A stretch of 64,000 nucleotides of DNA from Macrostomum lignano. Lineage: Eukaryota. Made by a program: the position numbers and the translations under genes. The stretch is taken from NCBI GenBank assembly GCA_002269645.1, contig NIVC01002442.1, positions 109,296-173,295 on the forward strand. The letters are read 5' to 3'. Below the pieces are notes generated by a model. The model had not been told where the DNA came from, searched no databases, and saw only the letters and a list, made by a program, of their open reading frames with translations. Position 1 is the first letter of the stretch. Each line of letters opens with the position of its first letter. Shown one piece after another: positions 12,601-28,519 of the stretch.

Positions 12601-15600
12601 TCCATTCTATCCTATCATCCCAGAAGGGTCAGAATAGCAATCCATTCTATCCTATCATCTCAGAAGGGTCAGATTAGCAATCCATCCCATCTTTTCCCTT
12701 CAAAAGTGTCAGATTAGCAATCCATTCTATCCTATCATCTCAGAAGGGTCAGATTAGCAATCCATTCTATCCTATCATCCCAGAAGGGTCAGATTAGCAA
12801 TCCATTCCATCTTTTCCTTTCAAAAGTGTCAGATTAGCAATCCATTCTATCCTATCATCCCAGAAGGGTCAGATTAGCAATCCATTCTATCCTATCATCT
12901 CAGAAGGGTCAGATTAGCAATCCATTCCATCTTTTCCCTTCAAAAGTGTCAGATTAGCAATCCATTCTATCCTATCATCTCAGAAGGGTCAGATTAGCAA
13001 TCCATTCTATCCTATCACCCCAGAAGGGTCAGAATAGCAATCCATTCCCCCAGAAGGGTCAGATTAGCAATCCATTCCATCTTTTCCCTTCAAAAGTGTC
13101 AGATTAGCAATCCATTCTATCCTATCATCTCAGAAGGGTCAGAATAGCAATCCATTCTATCCTATCATCCCAGAAGGGTCAGATTAGCAATCCATTCTAT
13201 CCTATCATCCCAGAAGGGTCAGATTAGCAATCCATCCCATCTTTTCCCTTCAAAAGTGTCAGATTAGCAATCCATTCTATCCTATCATCCCAAAAGGGTC
13301 AGATCAGCAATCCATCCCATCTTTTCCCTTCAAAAGTGTCAGATTAGCAATCCATTCCATCTTTTCCCTTCAAAAGTGTCAGATTAGCAATCCATTCTAT
13401 TCTATCATCCCAGAAGGGTCAGAATAGCAATCCATTCTATTCTATCATCCCAGAAGGGACAGATTAGCAATCCATTCCATCTTTTCCTTTCAAAAGTGTC
13501 AGACTAGCAATCCATTCTATCCTATCATCCCAGAAGGGTCAGATTAGCAATCCATTCTATCCTATCATCTCAGAAGGGTCAGATTAGCAATCCATTCCAT
13601 CTTTTCCCTTCAAAAGTGTCAGATTAGCAATCCATTTCATCTTTTCCCTTCAAAAGTGTCAAATTAGCAATCCATTCCATATTTTCCCTTCAAAAGTGTC
13701 AGATTAGCAATCCATTCTATCCTATCATCTCAGAAGGGTCAGATTAGCAATCCATTCTATCATATCATCTCAGAAGGGTCAGATTAGCAATCCATTCTAT
13801 CATATCATCTCAGAAGGGTCAGATTAGCAATCCATTCTATCCTATCATCTCAGAAGGGTCAGATTAGCAATCCATTCCATCTTTTCCTTTCAAAAGTGTC
13901 AGATTAGCAATCCATTCTATCCTATCATCTCAGAAGGGTCAGATTAGCAATCCATTCTATCCTATCATCCCAGAAGGGTCAGATTAGCAATCCATTATTA
14001 TAATTATCCCAGAAGGGTCAGAATAGCAATCCATTCTATTCTATCATCCCAGAAGGGACAGATTAGCAATCCATTCCATCTTTTCCTTTCAAAAGTGTCA
14101 GACTAGCAATCCATTCTATCCTATCATCCCAGAAGGGTCAGATTAGCAATCCATTCTATCCTATCATCCCAGAAGGGTCAGATTAGCAATCCATTCTATC
14201 CTATCATCCCAGAAGGGTCAGATTAGCAATCCATTCTATCCTATCATCTCAGAAGGGTCAGATTAGCAATCCATTCCATCTTTTCCCTTCAAAAGTGTCA
14301 GATTAGCAATCCATTCTATCCTATCATCTCAGAAGGGTCAGATTAGCAATCCATTCTATCCTATCACCCCAGAAGGGTCAGATTAGCAATCCATCCCATC
14401 TTTTCCCTTCAAAAGTGTCAGATTAGCAATCCATTCTATCCTATCATCCCAAAAGGGTCAGATCAGCAATCCATCCCATCTTTTCCCTTCAAAAGTGTCA
14501 GATTAGCAATCCATTCCATCTTTTCCCTTCAAAAGTGTCAGATTAGCAATCCATTCTATTCTATCATCCCAGAAGGGTCAGAATAGCAATCCATTCTATT
14601 CTATCATCCCAGAAGGGACAGATTAGCAATCCATTCCATCTTTTCCTTTCAAAAGTGTCAGACTAGCAATCCATTCTATCCTATCATCCCAGAAGGGTCA
14701 GATTAGCAATCCATTCTATCCTATCATCTCAGAAGGGTCAGATTAGCAATCCATTCCATCTTTTCCCTTCAAAAGTGTCAGATTAGCAATCCATTCCATC
14801 TTTTCCCTTCAAAAGTGTCAAATTAGCAATCCATTCCATATTTTCCCTTCAAAAGTGTCAGATTAGCAATCCATTCTATCCTATCATCTCAGAAGGGTCA
14901 GATTAGCAATCCATTCTATCATATCATCTCAGAAGGGTCAGATTAGCAATCCATTCTATCATATCATCTCAGAAGGGTCAGATTAGCAATCCATTCTATC
15001 CTATCATCTCAGAAGGGTCAGATTAGCAATCCATTCCATCTTTTCCTTTCAAAAGTGTCAGATTAGCAATCCATTCTATCCTATCATCTCAGAAGGGTCA
15101 GATTAGCAATCCATTCTATCCTATCATCCCAGAAGGGTCAGATTAGCAATCCATTATTATAATTATCCCAGAAGGGTCAGAATAGCAATCCATTCTATTC
15201 TATCATCCCAGAAGGGACAGATTAGCAATCCATTCCATCTTTTCCTTTCAAAAGTGTCAGACTAGCAATCCATTCTATCCTATCATCCCAGAAGGGTCAG
15301 ATTAGCAATCCATTCTATCCTATCATCCCAGAAGGGTCAGATTAGCAATCCATTCTATCCTATCATCCCAGAAGGGTCAGATTAGCAATCCATTCTATCC
15401 TATCATCTCAGAAGGGTCAGATTAGCAATCCATTCCATCTTTTCCCTTCAAAAGTGTCAGATTAGCAATCCATTCTATCCTATCATCTCAGAAGGGTCAG
15501 ATTAGCAATCCATTCTATCCTATCACCCCAGAAGGGTCAGAATAGCAATCCATTCCCCCAGAAGGGTCAGATTAGCAATCCATTCCATCTTTTCCCTTCA

Positions 15601-18600
15601 AAAGTGTCAGATTAGCAATCCATTCTATCCTATCATCTCAGAAGGGTCAGATTAGCAATCCATTCTACCATATCATCCCAGAAGGGCCAGATTAGCAATC
15701 CATTCTATCCTATCATCCCAGAAGGGTCAGATTAGCAATCCATCCCATCTTTTCCCTTCAAAAGTGTCAGATTAGCAATCCATTCTATCCTATCATCCCA
15801 GAAGGGTCAGAATAGCAATCCATTCTATCCTATCATCTCAGAAGGGTCAGATTAGCAATCCATCCCATCTTTTCCCTTCAAAAGTGTCAGATTAGCAATC
15901 CATTCTATCCTATCATCTCAGAAGGGTCAGATTAGCAATCCATTCTATCCTATCATCCCAGAAGGGTCAGATTAGCAATCCATTCCATCTTTTCCTTTCA
16001 AAAGTGTCAGATTAGCAATCCATTCTATCCTATCATCCCAGAAGGGTCAGATTAGCAATCCATTCTATCCTATCATCTCAGAAGGGTCAGATTAGCAATC
16101 CATTCCATCTTTTCCCTTCAAAAGTGTCAGATTAGCAATCCATTCTATCCTATCATCTCAGAAGGGTCAGATTAGCAATCCATTCTATCCTATCACCCCA
16201 GAAGGGTCAGAATAGCAATCCATTCCCCCAGAAGGGTCAGATTAGCAATCCATTCCATCTTTTCCCTTCAAAAGTGTCAGATTAGCAATCCATTCTATCC
16301 TATCATCTCAGAAGGGTCAGAATAGCAATCCATTCTATCCTATCATCCCAGAAGGGTCAGATTAGCAATCCATTCTATCCTATCATCCCAGAAGGGTCAG
16401 ATTAGCAATCCATCCCATCTTTTCCCTTCAAAAGTGTCAGATTAGCAATCCATTCTATCCTATCATCCCAAAAGGGTCAGATCAGCAATCCATCCCATCT
16501 TTTCCCTTCAAAAGTGTCAGATTAGCAATCCATTCCATCTTTTCCCTTCAAAAGTGTCAGATTAGCAATCCATTCTATTCTATCATCCCAGAAGGGTCAG
16601 AATAGCAATCCATTCTATTCTATCATCCCAGAAGGGACAGATTAGCAATCCATTCCATCTTTTCCTTTCAAAAGTGTCAGACTAGCAATCCATTCTATCC
16701 TATCATCCAGAAGGGTCAGATTAGCAATCCATTCTATCCTATCATCTCAGAAGGGTCAGATTAGCAATCCATTCCATCTTTTCCCTTCAAAAGTGTCAGA
16801 TTAGCAATCCATTTCATCTTTTCCCTTCAAAAGTGTCAAATTAGCAATCCATTCCATATTTTCCCTTCAAAAGTGTCAGATTAGCAATCCATTCTATCCT
16901 ATCATCTCAGAAGGGTCAGATTAGCAATCCATTCTATCATATCATCTCAGAAGGGTCAGATTAGCAATCCATTCTATCATATCATCTCAGAAGGGTCAGA
17001 TTAGCAATCCATTCTATCCTATCATCTCAGAAGGGTCAGATTAGCAATCCATTCCATCTTTTCCTTTCAAAAGTGTCAGATTAGCAATCCATTCTATCCT
17101 ATCATCTCAGAAGGGTCAGATTAGCAATCCATTCTATCCTATCATCCCAGAAGGGTCAGATTAGCAATCCATTATTATAATTATCCCAGAAGGGTCAGAA
17201 TAGCAATCCATTCTATTCTATCATCCCAGAAGGGACAGATTAGCAATCCATTCCATCTTTTCCTTTCAAAAGTGTCAGACTAGCAATCCATTCTATCCTA
17301 TCATCCCAGAAGGGTCAGATTAGCAATCCATTCTATCCTATCATCCCAGAAGGGTCAGATTAGCAATCCATTCTATCCTATCATCCCAGAAGGGTCAGAT
17401 TAGCAATCCATTCTATCCTATCATCTCAGAAGGGTCAGATTAGCAATCCATTCCATCTTTTCCCTTCAAAAGTGTCAGATTAGCAATCCATTCTATCCTA
17501 TCATCTCAGAAGGGTCAGATTAGCAATCCATTCTATCCTATCACCCCAGAAGGGTCAGAATAGCAATCCATTCCCCCAGAAGGGTCAGATTAGCAATCCA
17601 TTCCATCTTTTCCCTTCAAAAGTGTCAGATTAGCAATCCATTCTATCCTATCATCTCAGAAGGGTCAGATTAGCAATCCATTCTACCATATCATCCCAGA
17701 AGGGCCAGATTAGCAATCCATTCTATCCTATCATCCCAGAAGGGTCAGATTAGCAATCCATCCCATCTTTTCCCTTCAAAAGTGTCAGATTAGCAATCCA
17801 TTCTATCCTATCATCCCAAAAGGGTCAGATTAGCAATCCATCCCATCTTTTCCCTTCAAAAGTGTCAGATTAGCAATCCATTCCATCTTTTCCCTTCAAA
17901 AGTGTCAAATTAGCAATCCATTCCATATTTTCCCTTCAAAAGTGTCAGATTAGCAATCCATTCTATCCTATCATCTCAGAAGGGTCAGATTAGCAATCCA
18001 TTCTATCATATCATCTCAGAAGGGTCAGATTAGCAATCCATTCTATCATATCATCTCAGAAGGGTCAGATTAGCAATCCATTTTATCCTATCATCTCAGA
18101 AGGGTCAGATTAGCAATCCATTCCATCTTTTCCTTTCAAAAGTGTCAGATTAGCAATCCATTCTATCCTATCATCCCAGAAGGGTCAGATTAGCAATCCA
18201 TTCTATCCTATCATCTCAGAAGGGTCAGATTAGCAATCCATTCTATCCTATCATCTCAGAAGGGTCAGATTAGCAATCCATTCCATCTTTTCCTTTCAAA
18301 AGTGTCAGATTAGCAATCCATTCTATCCTATCATCCCAGAAGGGTCAGATTAGCAATCCATTATTATTATTATCCCAGAAGGGTCAGAATAGCAATCCAT
18401 TCCACCCTATAATCCCAGAAGGGCCAGATTAGCAATCCATTCCACCCTATAATCCCAGAAGGGCCAGATTAGCAATCCATTCCATCATATCATCTCAGAA
18501 GGGTCAGATTAGCAATCCATTCTATCCTATCATCTCAGAAGGGTCAGATTAGCAATCCATTCTATCCTATCACCCCAGAAGGGTCAGAATAGCAATCCAT

Positions 18601-19108
18601 TCCCCCAGAAGGGTCAGATTAGCAATCCATTCCATCTTTTCCTTTCAAAAGTGTCAGATTAGCAATCCATTCTATCCTATCATCCCAGAAGGGCCAGATT
18701 AGCAATCCATTCTATCCTATCATCTCAGAAGGGTCAGATTAGCAATCCATTATTATCATTATCCCAGAAGGGTCAGATTAGCAATCCATTCCACCCTATA
18801 ATCCCAGAAGGGCCAGATTAGCAATCCATTCCATCATATCATCTCAGAAGGGTCAGATTAGCAATCCATTCTATCCTATCATCTCAGAAGGGTCAGATTA
18901 GCAATCCATTCCATCACATCATCTCAGAAGGGTCAGATTAGCAATCCATTCTATCCTATCATCTCAGAAGGGTCAGATTAGCAATCCATTCTATCCTATC
19001 ATCTCAGAAGGGTCAGATTAGCAATCCATTCCATCACATCATCTCAGAAGGGTCAGATTAGCAATCCATTCCATCCCATCATCCCAGAAGGGTCAGACTA
19101 GCAATCCA
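9645..19108. repeat. 40-bp satellite (about 235 monomers) with A/B monomer types and higher-order repeats
   Basis: Shared core cagattagcaatccatt; A arm ctatcctatcatcccagaagggt, B arm ccatcttttcccttcaaaagtgt; rare variants recur at about 2.02 and 3.18 kb spacing. Confidence 0.95.
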
Positions 19109-19589
19109 CTTTGCTCCCGTGTGCGCATAAACCGAAGCAGCTAATGATGATGCAGTGCTACTGAACTCACAAGCCGCAGCTCATGATTTACAGCCAGCCG
19201 GTCACTGATCTCCCCGCCCAATAAATCACGCGGCGGTTCCCCCGCATATTTTGAGCGAACAGCTTTGCACTGACCATAGGGGGGGGGGCTGATTTGTGCG
19301 CCAGCGGGAAAGTGCGGATCAATCTGCTCCGCTTTCCCACGGGACCAGCCTGGGGAGAATTATCCTCGAGCCTAGCCGGAAAAATTGCCGGCAGATTTTA
19401 TGCATGCATTTGTTCGCACTATTTTCATCTTGACTGGGTCACTTCAGACTAAGAGCTGTTTGCCTAAATGGACCCAGCCATCCGCTTTCCGCTGTACAGA
19501 GCGTCTCAGCTTTATGCACTCGCTCATAAATATTGATAGGCCGTAAAGCTGGGATTTAAATCTTGTCAACTACTCGTTTCAGAGCTCGA

Positions 19590-20150
19590 AAGAAGGACGG
19601 AAGAAAGGGAGAGAAGGGCGGGAGAGGGGGGAGAGAAGAGAGGGAGAGAGGGGAGAGAAGAGTGGGAGAGAGGGGAGAGAAGAGAGGGAGAGAGGGAGAG
19701 AAGAGAGGGAGAGAGGGGAAAGAAGAGCGGGAGAGAGGGGAGAGAAGAGAGGGAGAGAGGGGAGAGAAGAGAGGGAGAGAGGGGAGAGAAGAGTGGGAGA
19801 GAGGGGAGAGAAGAGCGGGAGAGAAGAGCGGGAGAGAGGGGAGAGAAGGGCGGGAGAGAGGGGAGAGAAGAGTGGGAGAGAGGGGAAAGAAGAGCGGGAG
19901 ATAAGAGCGGGAGAGAGGGGAGAGAAGAGTGGGAGAGAGGGGAGAGAAGAGAGGGAGAGAGGGGAGAGAAGAGAGGGAGAGAGGGGAGAGAAGAGTGGGA
20001 GAGAGGGGAGAGAAGAGCGGGAGAGAAGGGAGAGAAGGGCGGGAGAGAGGGGAGAGAAGGGCGGGAGAGAAGAGCGGAAGATAAGAGCGGGAGAGAGGGG
20101 AGAGAAGAGAGGGAGAGAGGGGAGAGAAGGGCGGGAGAGAAGGGAAAGGA
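19590..20150. repeat. Polypurine (GGAGA-rich) minisatellite of about 20-22 bp
   Basis: Nearly pure A/G on the + strand (gggagagaggggagagaagag variants). Confidence 0.9.
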
Positions 20151-20511
20151 CAAAGATGAGCCGACGAAATTTCCAGCAAGACGATACGCTCGTAGCGCTG
20201 TCGCGGCCTCCCAGTCGGCAATAAGATTACCTGGAGAAGCGGGTGCCCCAGCTGAGGCCATCCCGGAAGCGGAGTTCGGGTCGGAGGAGCAGCGGCTGCA
20301 CTCGGGCTTAAAGCGAACTTCCGCCCGGATGCGGGAGCTCCTCAGAGCGGGCCGGCAGAGTTGCAGAAAGTGCAGGCCGCAGTGCCGCTGCCCTTCTTTG
20401 TTTTAGAGCTGCTGAATGCTGTCGGAGCCGCGGTGACAGCTTCCTGTCAGGTGCCTGCCTGCCCTCATCTGTGGGGGGGTCTTTGTGGGGGTTTATGTCA
20501 AGGTTTGACGC

Positions 20512-20560
20512 AAGTAAGTAAGTAAGTACGCGAGTAAGTACGTGAGTAAGTAAGTAAGTG

Positions 20561-20651
<91 letters not shown>
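20512..20651. repeat. (TAAG)n microsatellite, copy 1 (copy 2 at 21853-22048)
   Basis: Direct reading. Confidence 0.9.
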
Positions 20652-21116
20652 GTATATATGTGAGTACAGTATTTGCGATCAGACAAAAATCGGACGCAAA
20701 ACGTACGGTTGAAGGGGATCAAAAGTGCAGGCTAAAAATCCGGAGTGAGAGACGGTAGAAGTGCTGGGATTTTAATAATCCCTTCCACCCGCTCCCATTG
20801 ACCACGGAAATCTGCTGCCTCTGCCCTCCCCGGAACCAGAGGCAGCGCGCAAGCGTGTCCCACAGCCTGGGATTGACTATTGTTGCTAGGAAAGGGGAAT
20901 TCTGAATTAGAGTTGCTAATATATACGGGCTTCATTTTATAACAAGAAGCTCCCCACCCCAGAATCTGCACTTTCCAATGCCCTCCCATCACCCACTGGC
21001 AACAGGCGGTCAGCTCCGTGCATATAAATTGGCCGCATTAACACCGCCCTCAGTGAACCGCATGTACCCCCGCTGTCAGCCTGCGGGCGGTGAAAATCAA
21101 ATTTGTGACTGGGACA

Positions 21117-21544
<428 letters not shown>

Positions 21545-21885
21545 GCGGCCTCCCAGTCGGCAATAAGATTACCTGGAGAAGCGGGTGCCCCAGCTGAGGC
21601 CATCCCGGAAGCGGAGTTCGGGTCGGAGGAGCAGCGGCTGCACTCGGGCTTAAAGCGAACTTCCGCCCGGATGCGGGAGCTCCTCAGAGCGGGCCGGCAG
21701 AGTTGCAGAAAGTGCAGGCCGCAGTGCCGCTGCCCTTCTTTGTTTTAGAGCTGCTGAATGCTGTCGGAGCCGCGGTGACAGCTTCCTGTCAGGTGCCTGC
21801 CTGCCCTCATCTGTGGGGGGTCTTTGTGGGGGTTTATGTCAAGGTTTGACGCAAGTAAGTAAGTAAGTACGCGAGTAAGTACGTG

Positions 21886-22048
<163 letters not shown>

Positions 22049-22513
22049 GTATATATGTGAGTACAGTATTTGCGATCAGACAAAAATCGGACGCAAAACG
22101 TACGGTTGAAGGGGATCAAAAGTGCAGGCTAAAAATCCGGAGTGAGAGACGGTAGAAGTGCTGGGATTTTAATAATCCCTTCCACCCGCTCCCATTGACC
22201 ACGGAAATCTGCTGCCTCTGCCCTCCCCGGAACCAGAGGCAGCGCGCAAGCGTGTCCCACAGCCTGGGATTGACTATTGTTGCTAGGAAAGGGGAATTCT
22301 GAATTAGAGTTGCTAATATATACGGGCTTCATTTTATAACAAGAAGCTCCCCACCCCAGAATCTGCACTTTCCAATGCCCTCCCATCACCCACTGGCAAC
22401 AGGCGGTCAGCTCCGTGCATATAAATTGGCCGCATTAACACCGCCCTCAGTGAACCGCATGTACCCCCGCTGTCAGCCTGCGGGCGGTGAAAATCAAATT
22501 TGTGACTGGGACA

Positions 22514-23972
<1,459 letters not shown>

Positions 23973-24599
23973 GGATTGGATGAATAGGGTATGATCTATC
24001 AATCATATTCCAGCATTCTAGATGACTAGATGGAATGAGAATTTCACTTTTCGATTTCTACTCCGCCCCGCTTTCCTCCCAATTCCCCTAATTGCTACAT
24101 CTGTCGCACTGCGCACAATTGGCTGCATCCCTGTGCCGGAGCTGCGCCACAACCACTTGAAGCGGCTCCCATTCCAGGAAAAGCTGCGGAGGCGCGAAAA
24201 GTGAAATCCCAAATCCCCAGCCTTCCCAATTCGCAGGCATTTAAGAGCCTCAACTGCCGGGTGATTCGGGTGTTTTCTTGTTTTAATTGTGCAGCAGCAG
24301 CACAGGCTGTAAACAGATGGAGTGGCACAGACTGTAAACAGATGGAGTGGCACAGGCTGTAAACAGATGGAGTGGCACAGGCTGTAAACAGAGCATGATT
24401 GCATAAACAGTCGGCATCGGAGGCCTGGCAGCGCCATCAAGTGCTGTCCTCATTCACTCGCTTTTATTGCTCAGTGCTGAGCGAGAACCGAGCAGCTCTG
24501 GAGGTGGCTCGCATCTGCAGTAGATGGATGACTAGATGACCATGTGATCAGATCACTAGATAACTAGAGGATTCGGTAATTAGATGATTGGGTGACTAG

Positions 24600-24810
24600 A
24601 CGACTTGGTTACTAGATGACCAGATGCTCAAGTGACCAGATGACTAGATGCTCAAGTGACCAGATGACTAGATGCTCAAGTGACCAGATGACTAGATGCT
24701 CAAGTGACCAGATGACTAAATGCTCAAGTGACTAGATGACTAGATGCTCAAGTGACCAGATGACTAGATGCTCAAGTGACCAGATGACTAGATGCTCAAG
24801 TGACTATTTA
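24600..24810. repeat. 24-bp minisatellite (gactagatgctcaagtgaccagat); a short 25-bp repeat also lies at about 24300-24392
   Basis: Direct reading. Confidence 0.85.
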
Positions 24811-26290
24811 GATGATCAGGTAATTGTATGACAAAATTACTGGGCAATCAGATGACTAGATTTCTCAGAGATCAGGCGACAAGATGACTAGATTAGATTA
24901 TCGGTGTTGATGATTAATGATGTTAATCATTGGTGTTAATGGTGTTAATGATTAGACTATCAGAAGGGCTGGTGGATCTATACAGCATAAAGTATAGGCA
25001 ATCGAATTACAATAAATGAACTGTCAGACTGCACCCTTGGCTGATTGGCTTACTGAGGACACGGCCGAGACCCATACCGGACCTTCATCATTAATGCAGG
25101 AAGCTGGGCGATGGTCCCCTCAAGGCCGCTGACCTCCCCCGCCACCCCAGCCCGCGACTCGCGCATGTCTTCACGCATTTCTGACCCAGCTAACCGCGGT
25201 GGGCTCTTGTCAGTCACGCTATTTTGTGTTTCAGAGTAGCAAAGAAAAAGGGCAATGATGAGTTCAGTGAGCACAGTGAGCACAGTGAGCACTACTGTGA
25301 GGCAGTCAGTTAGACGAATGTATAGCAAATTGGCCCCTGTGGCACACGGAATTGGATTTCTCACGGCGGTCATTAGTGCGGCGGTCATTAGCCAGGCGCG
25401 CGGCAGTCAGATGCGAGTCCCACAGACACTTGATCCTCAGCCGGCCGCCTACTCCCGCTACAGTCTGCTCAGACCCTGCTAGTTGGCTTCCAGTTGCTCA
25501 GGCAAGCCGAAACAGGTGCGACTCGTCCCTTTTATTAGCGACTAAATTAATGGATAAGTTTACACTCGGCTCTCATAGTATTAGTATTATTATTGATTTG
25601 GTTTAATTATTGAATATACTTATTACTTGTATTCTTATCTCTATACATGTATTGGAACTTTCCCAGGCTCATCGGGCATATTCAATTATCATTAGAAATG
25701 TACAATTTACCTGCCCCTGCCTCTCCACCTTCCCTCTGTACCGTGCACCGCTTTATCGATCGCCCCAACCCCTTCTTGACTCACCAATGCTAGCCAACCC
25801 CATTCCTGTCTACCCCCATTCCCTTATCTCTAAATATAGATGCTATTGGTGCCCTCAGGTGGACTCTTTACTCCCAGTCCCAAGTTCAGGTTCAAGTTCA
25901 GTCCCAAGTTACGGTTAGGATGCATTGAGTAAGAACCGTGCTCACTTTCGAAGCAATCTTCACACGTAAAACTGGAGTTGTCTCAGTTAGTGAGAACACT
26001 GGGCGCTGTAGAGGTGGGGGGTTCTGTTCTCAGCGGCCGGGGCGAACTGCAGGCGCCAGGCCGCGCCCTCCCGCACCGCAGGGTTCGGGCGGAGCAGTAA
26101 AATGTTTCGCCAGCTTGGGCGGCTCCGCAGGCGCAGGCCGTGGGAACCTCCCAGACCCGCCCGTCGGGAAAGGCGAGGCTGAATAAAGTCGAGCCGGTAG
26201 CGGTGCGTCGGAGCGGCGAGCTGAGAGTTTGAAAAAGCGCAAGGCAGGCGGACTCGCCTCCTCAGTCCCGGCGTTCTCCAGGCGGTCAGC

Positions 26291-28397
26291 ATGAGCAACC
26301 CGAATCGGCCCAGGCAGCGGCAGCAGCGCAGCCAAGTCGAGCCGGAGGCCGGCATCAAGAAGGGCCACGTGAGCTCCCTGGCCAGCCTGTTCGCCCAGCG
26401 CAGCGCTTCCAACGAGTCGCTCAAGCGGGTGGCGGTGCCGGTCCGGCGTGCGCCCTCAAATCGCTCAGCGCAGCCGGCTCAGCTCAGGCCGCCGTCGCCG
26501 AAGCCTCAAACTCCGCCGCCGCCTCCGCCGCCTCCGCCGCCACCGTCTCCACCACCGCAGCCAAAGCCGCAGCCATCGAAGCAGCCGCAACGACGGTCGC
26601 CGTCGCCGCCGCGGACGCCGACGAACCTCGGCTTCACTCCGATCGGCAAGCCCGCGCGAATCCGGATCGTCCAGACTCCCTCCGCCGACGATGAAGCGGA
26701 GATGTTGCTCTCGGACTCGAACCTGGCGGCCGGCCGGCAGCGACCAGGCGATGACAGCCAGGAGTACAACAGCAGTCGCGACCTTCGTCAGCCGCCGCGG
26801 TTCGTCACGAAAAAGACGCGGTACACCTCACGAACATTTCTGGAACGGGACAGCCCAACCAGTTCGGGCGGCGATCTGCGTCCCGCGCAGCAGACGGAGC
26901 AGTGGACCGTTTACGAGACCTTGCCGGTGACCGACACGCTTGACCGGCGGCTGCAGGAGCGGCAGGCTGAGCAGGCCGAGGCGCGAAGGCGGCAAGAGGC
27001 GGAGGAGGAGGAGCGCCAACAGCGGCAGAGGGAAGCTGAGGAGAGGGAGAGGCGGCGCAGGGAGGACTCGGAGAGGAGGCGACTGGCTGAAGCTGAGGAG
27101 CGGGAGAGGCGGCGCAGGGAGGACTTGGAGCGGAGGCGACTGGCTGAAGCTGAGGAGCGGGAGAGGCGGCGCAGGGAGGACTCGGAGCGGAGGCGACTGG
27201 CTGAAGCTGAGGAGCGGGAGAGGCGGCGCAGGGAGGCGGAGAATTGGGAGAGACAACGTCGAGCGGAAGAGGCGGAGCAGGAGCGCCGTCAAGAGGAGCT
27301 TCATCGTCGCGAAGTCGCCAATAAGACTCCGGATATTTTCAGACGCGAAGAGTGGACTGTGTACGACACGGTGCCGGTGCAACATCTCCAGCCGCCACCG
27401 TCGCAGCCTTCGCAGCTGCATCAGTACGACAGCACCGACTCCGTTATTGGATATCGACGCTACTTAGACGGCTACGAGAACAAGCGAAACGAGAAACGAG
27501 AAGAGAACTCAAGTTACCGATACAGCAACGAGAGCGAAAGTCACCAACGTCGCGAACGAGACGAAGAACGAAGGCGTCGCGAAGAGGAGGAAAACAGGCG
27601 TCGTCGCGAGGAAGAAGAAAGCCGTCGACGTCGCGAGGCGGAGGAAAGTCGTCGACGTCACGAGGCGGAGGAAAGTCGTCGACGTCACGAGGCGGAGGAA
27701 AGTCGTCGACGTCGCAAGGCGGAGGAAAGTCATCGACGTCGCGAGGCAGAAGAAAGCCGTCGACGTCCCCGAGAAGAAGAGCAGCGCCAGCAAGCAGCCG
27801 TCAGCAGCCGCAGTCAGTCCAAAACGCCGGAGATCTTCTCAAAGGAGGAGTGGACGGTGTACGAGCGAATCCCGGCTTACGAAGCCTCGACCGTGTACGA
27901 GACTCCGGTGGCTGCGTCCACGAGAAGGGGACGGTCGTCGCCGGCTTCGGGACAAATCATCGACAGCCAGGACTCGATCGTGGGCTACCGCCGGCTGCTG
28001 GACTCGGCGGAGGCCGAAGGTGGCCAGCCAGCAGCCAGGCGGGCGCGGTCTTTCGAGAGGCGCACCGTCCGAAGCGAGGACCGCAGGGAGCGACGCTGCT
28101 CAGTGGGCGGTGGCGGAGCAGAAAACCGGAGCATGGAGGAGTGGACGGTGTACCACAGCGCCGCGGCAAACAGCCAGCTGCCAGGAGACGGAATCGGCCG
28201 CTACGATCATCTTCGCGAGTTCCAGAAACGCAAAGAGGATGAAGGCGTGGAGACCAGGATGAGCACGCCTTTCCGCGTTGAGGAGTGGACAGTAACGCGG
28301 CAGATTCCGTTGGAAGAGCTGCCGCAACAGCAGCCTGAGGTTGGTTACCAGAGCTACCGACAGTCGGTGGGACGGAACGGTTGGACCGACGAATTCG
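26291..28397 (+). CDS. Uncharacterised protein, exon 1: polyproline tract, E/R-rich single-alpha-helix-like blocks, repeated EEWTV motifs
   Basis: ATG-initiated ORF of over 700 codons with host-like codon usage; donor TTC G|GTGAGA in phase 1 at 28397/28398. Confidence 0.8.
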
Positions 28398-28519
28398 GTG
28401 AGATTTTTTCAACTTCGGAGTTGCACGCCCGATTCAGCTACTTTCAGTAGTAGAAGCATGCATGTGTTTTTGGCGGGAGCGAAGGATCGATTGGACTCTG
28501 ATCCGATTGTGGAGCTGAC

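Noticed and set aside
19143-19208. C/D-box snoRNA (ATGATGA...CTGA...CTGA)
   Set aside because: There is no terminal stem, recognisable antisense element or host intron, and such motifs occur by chance.
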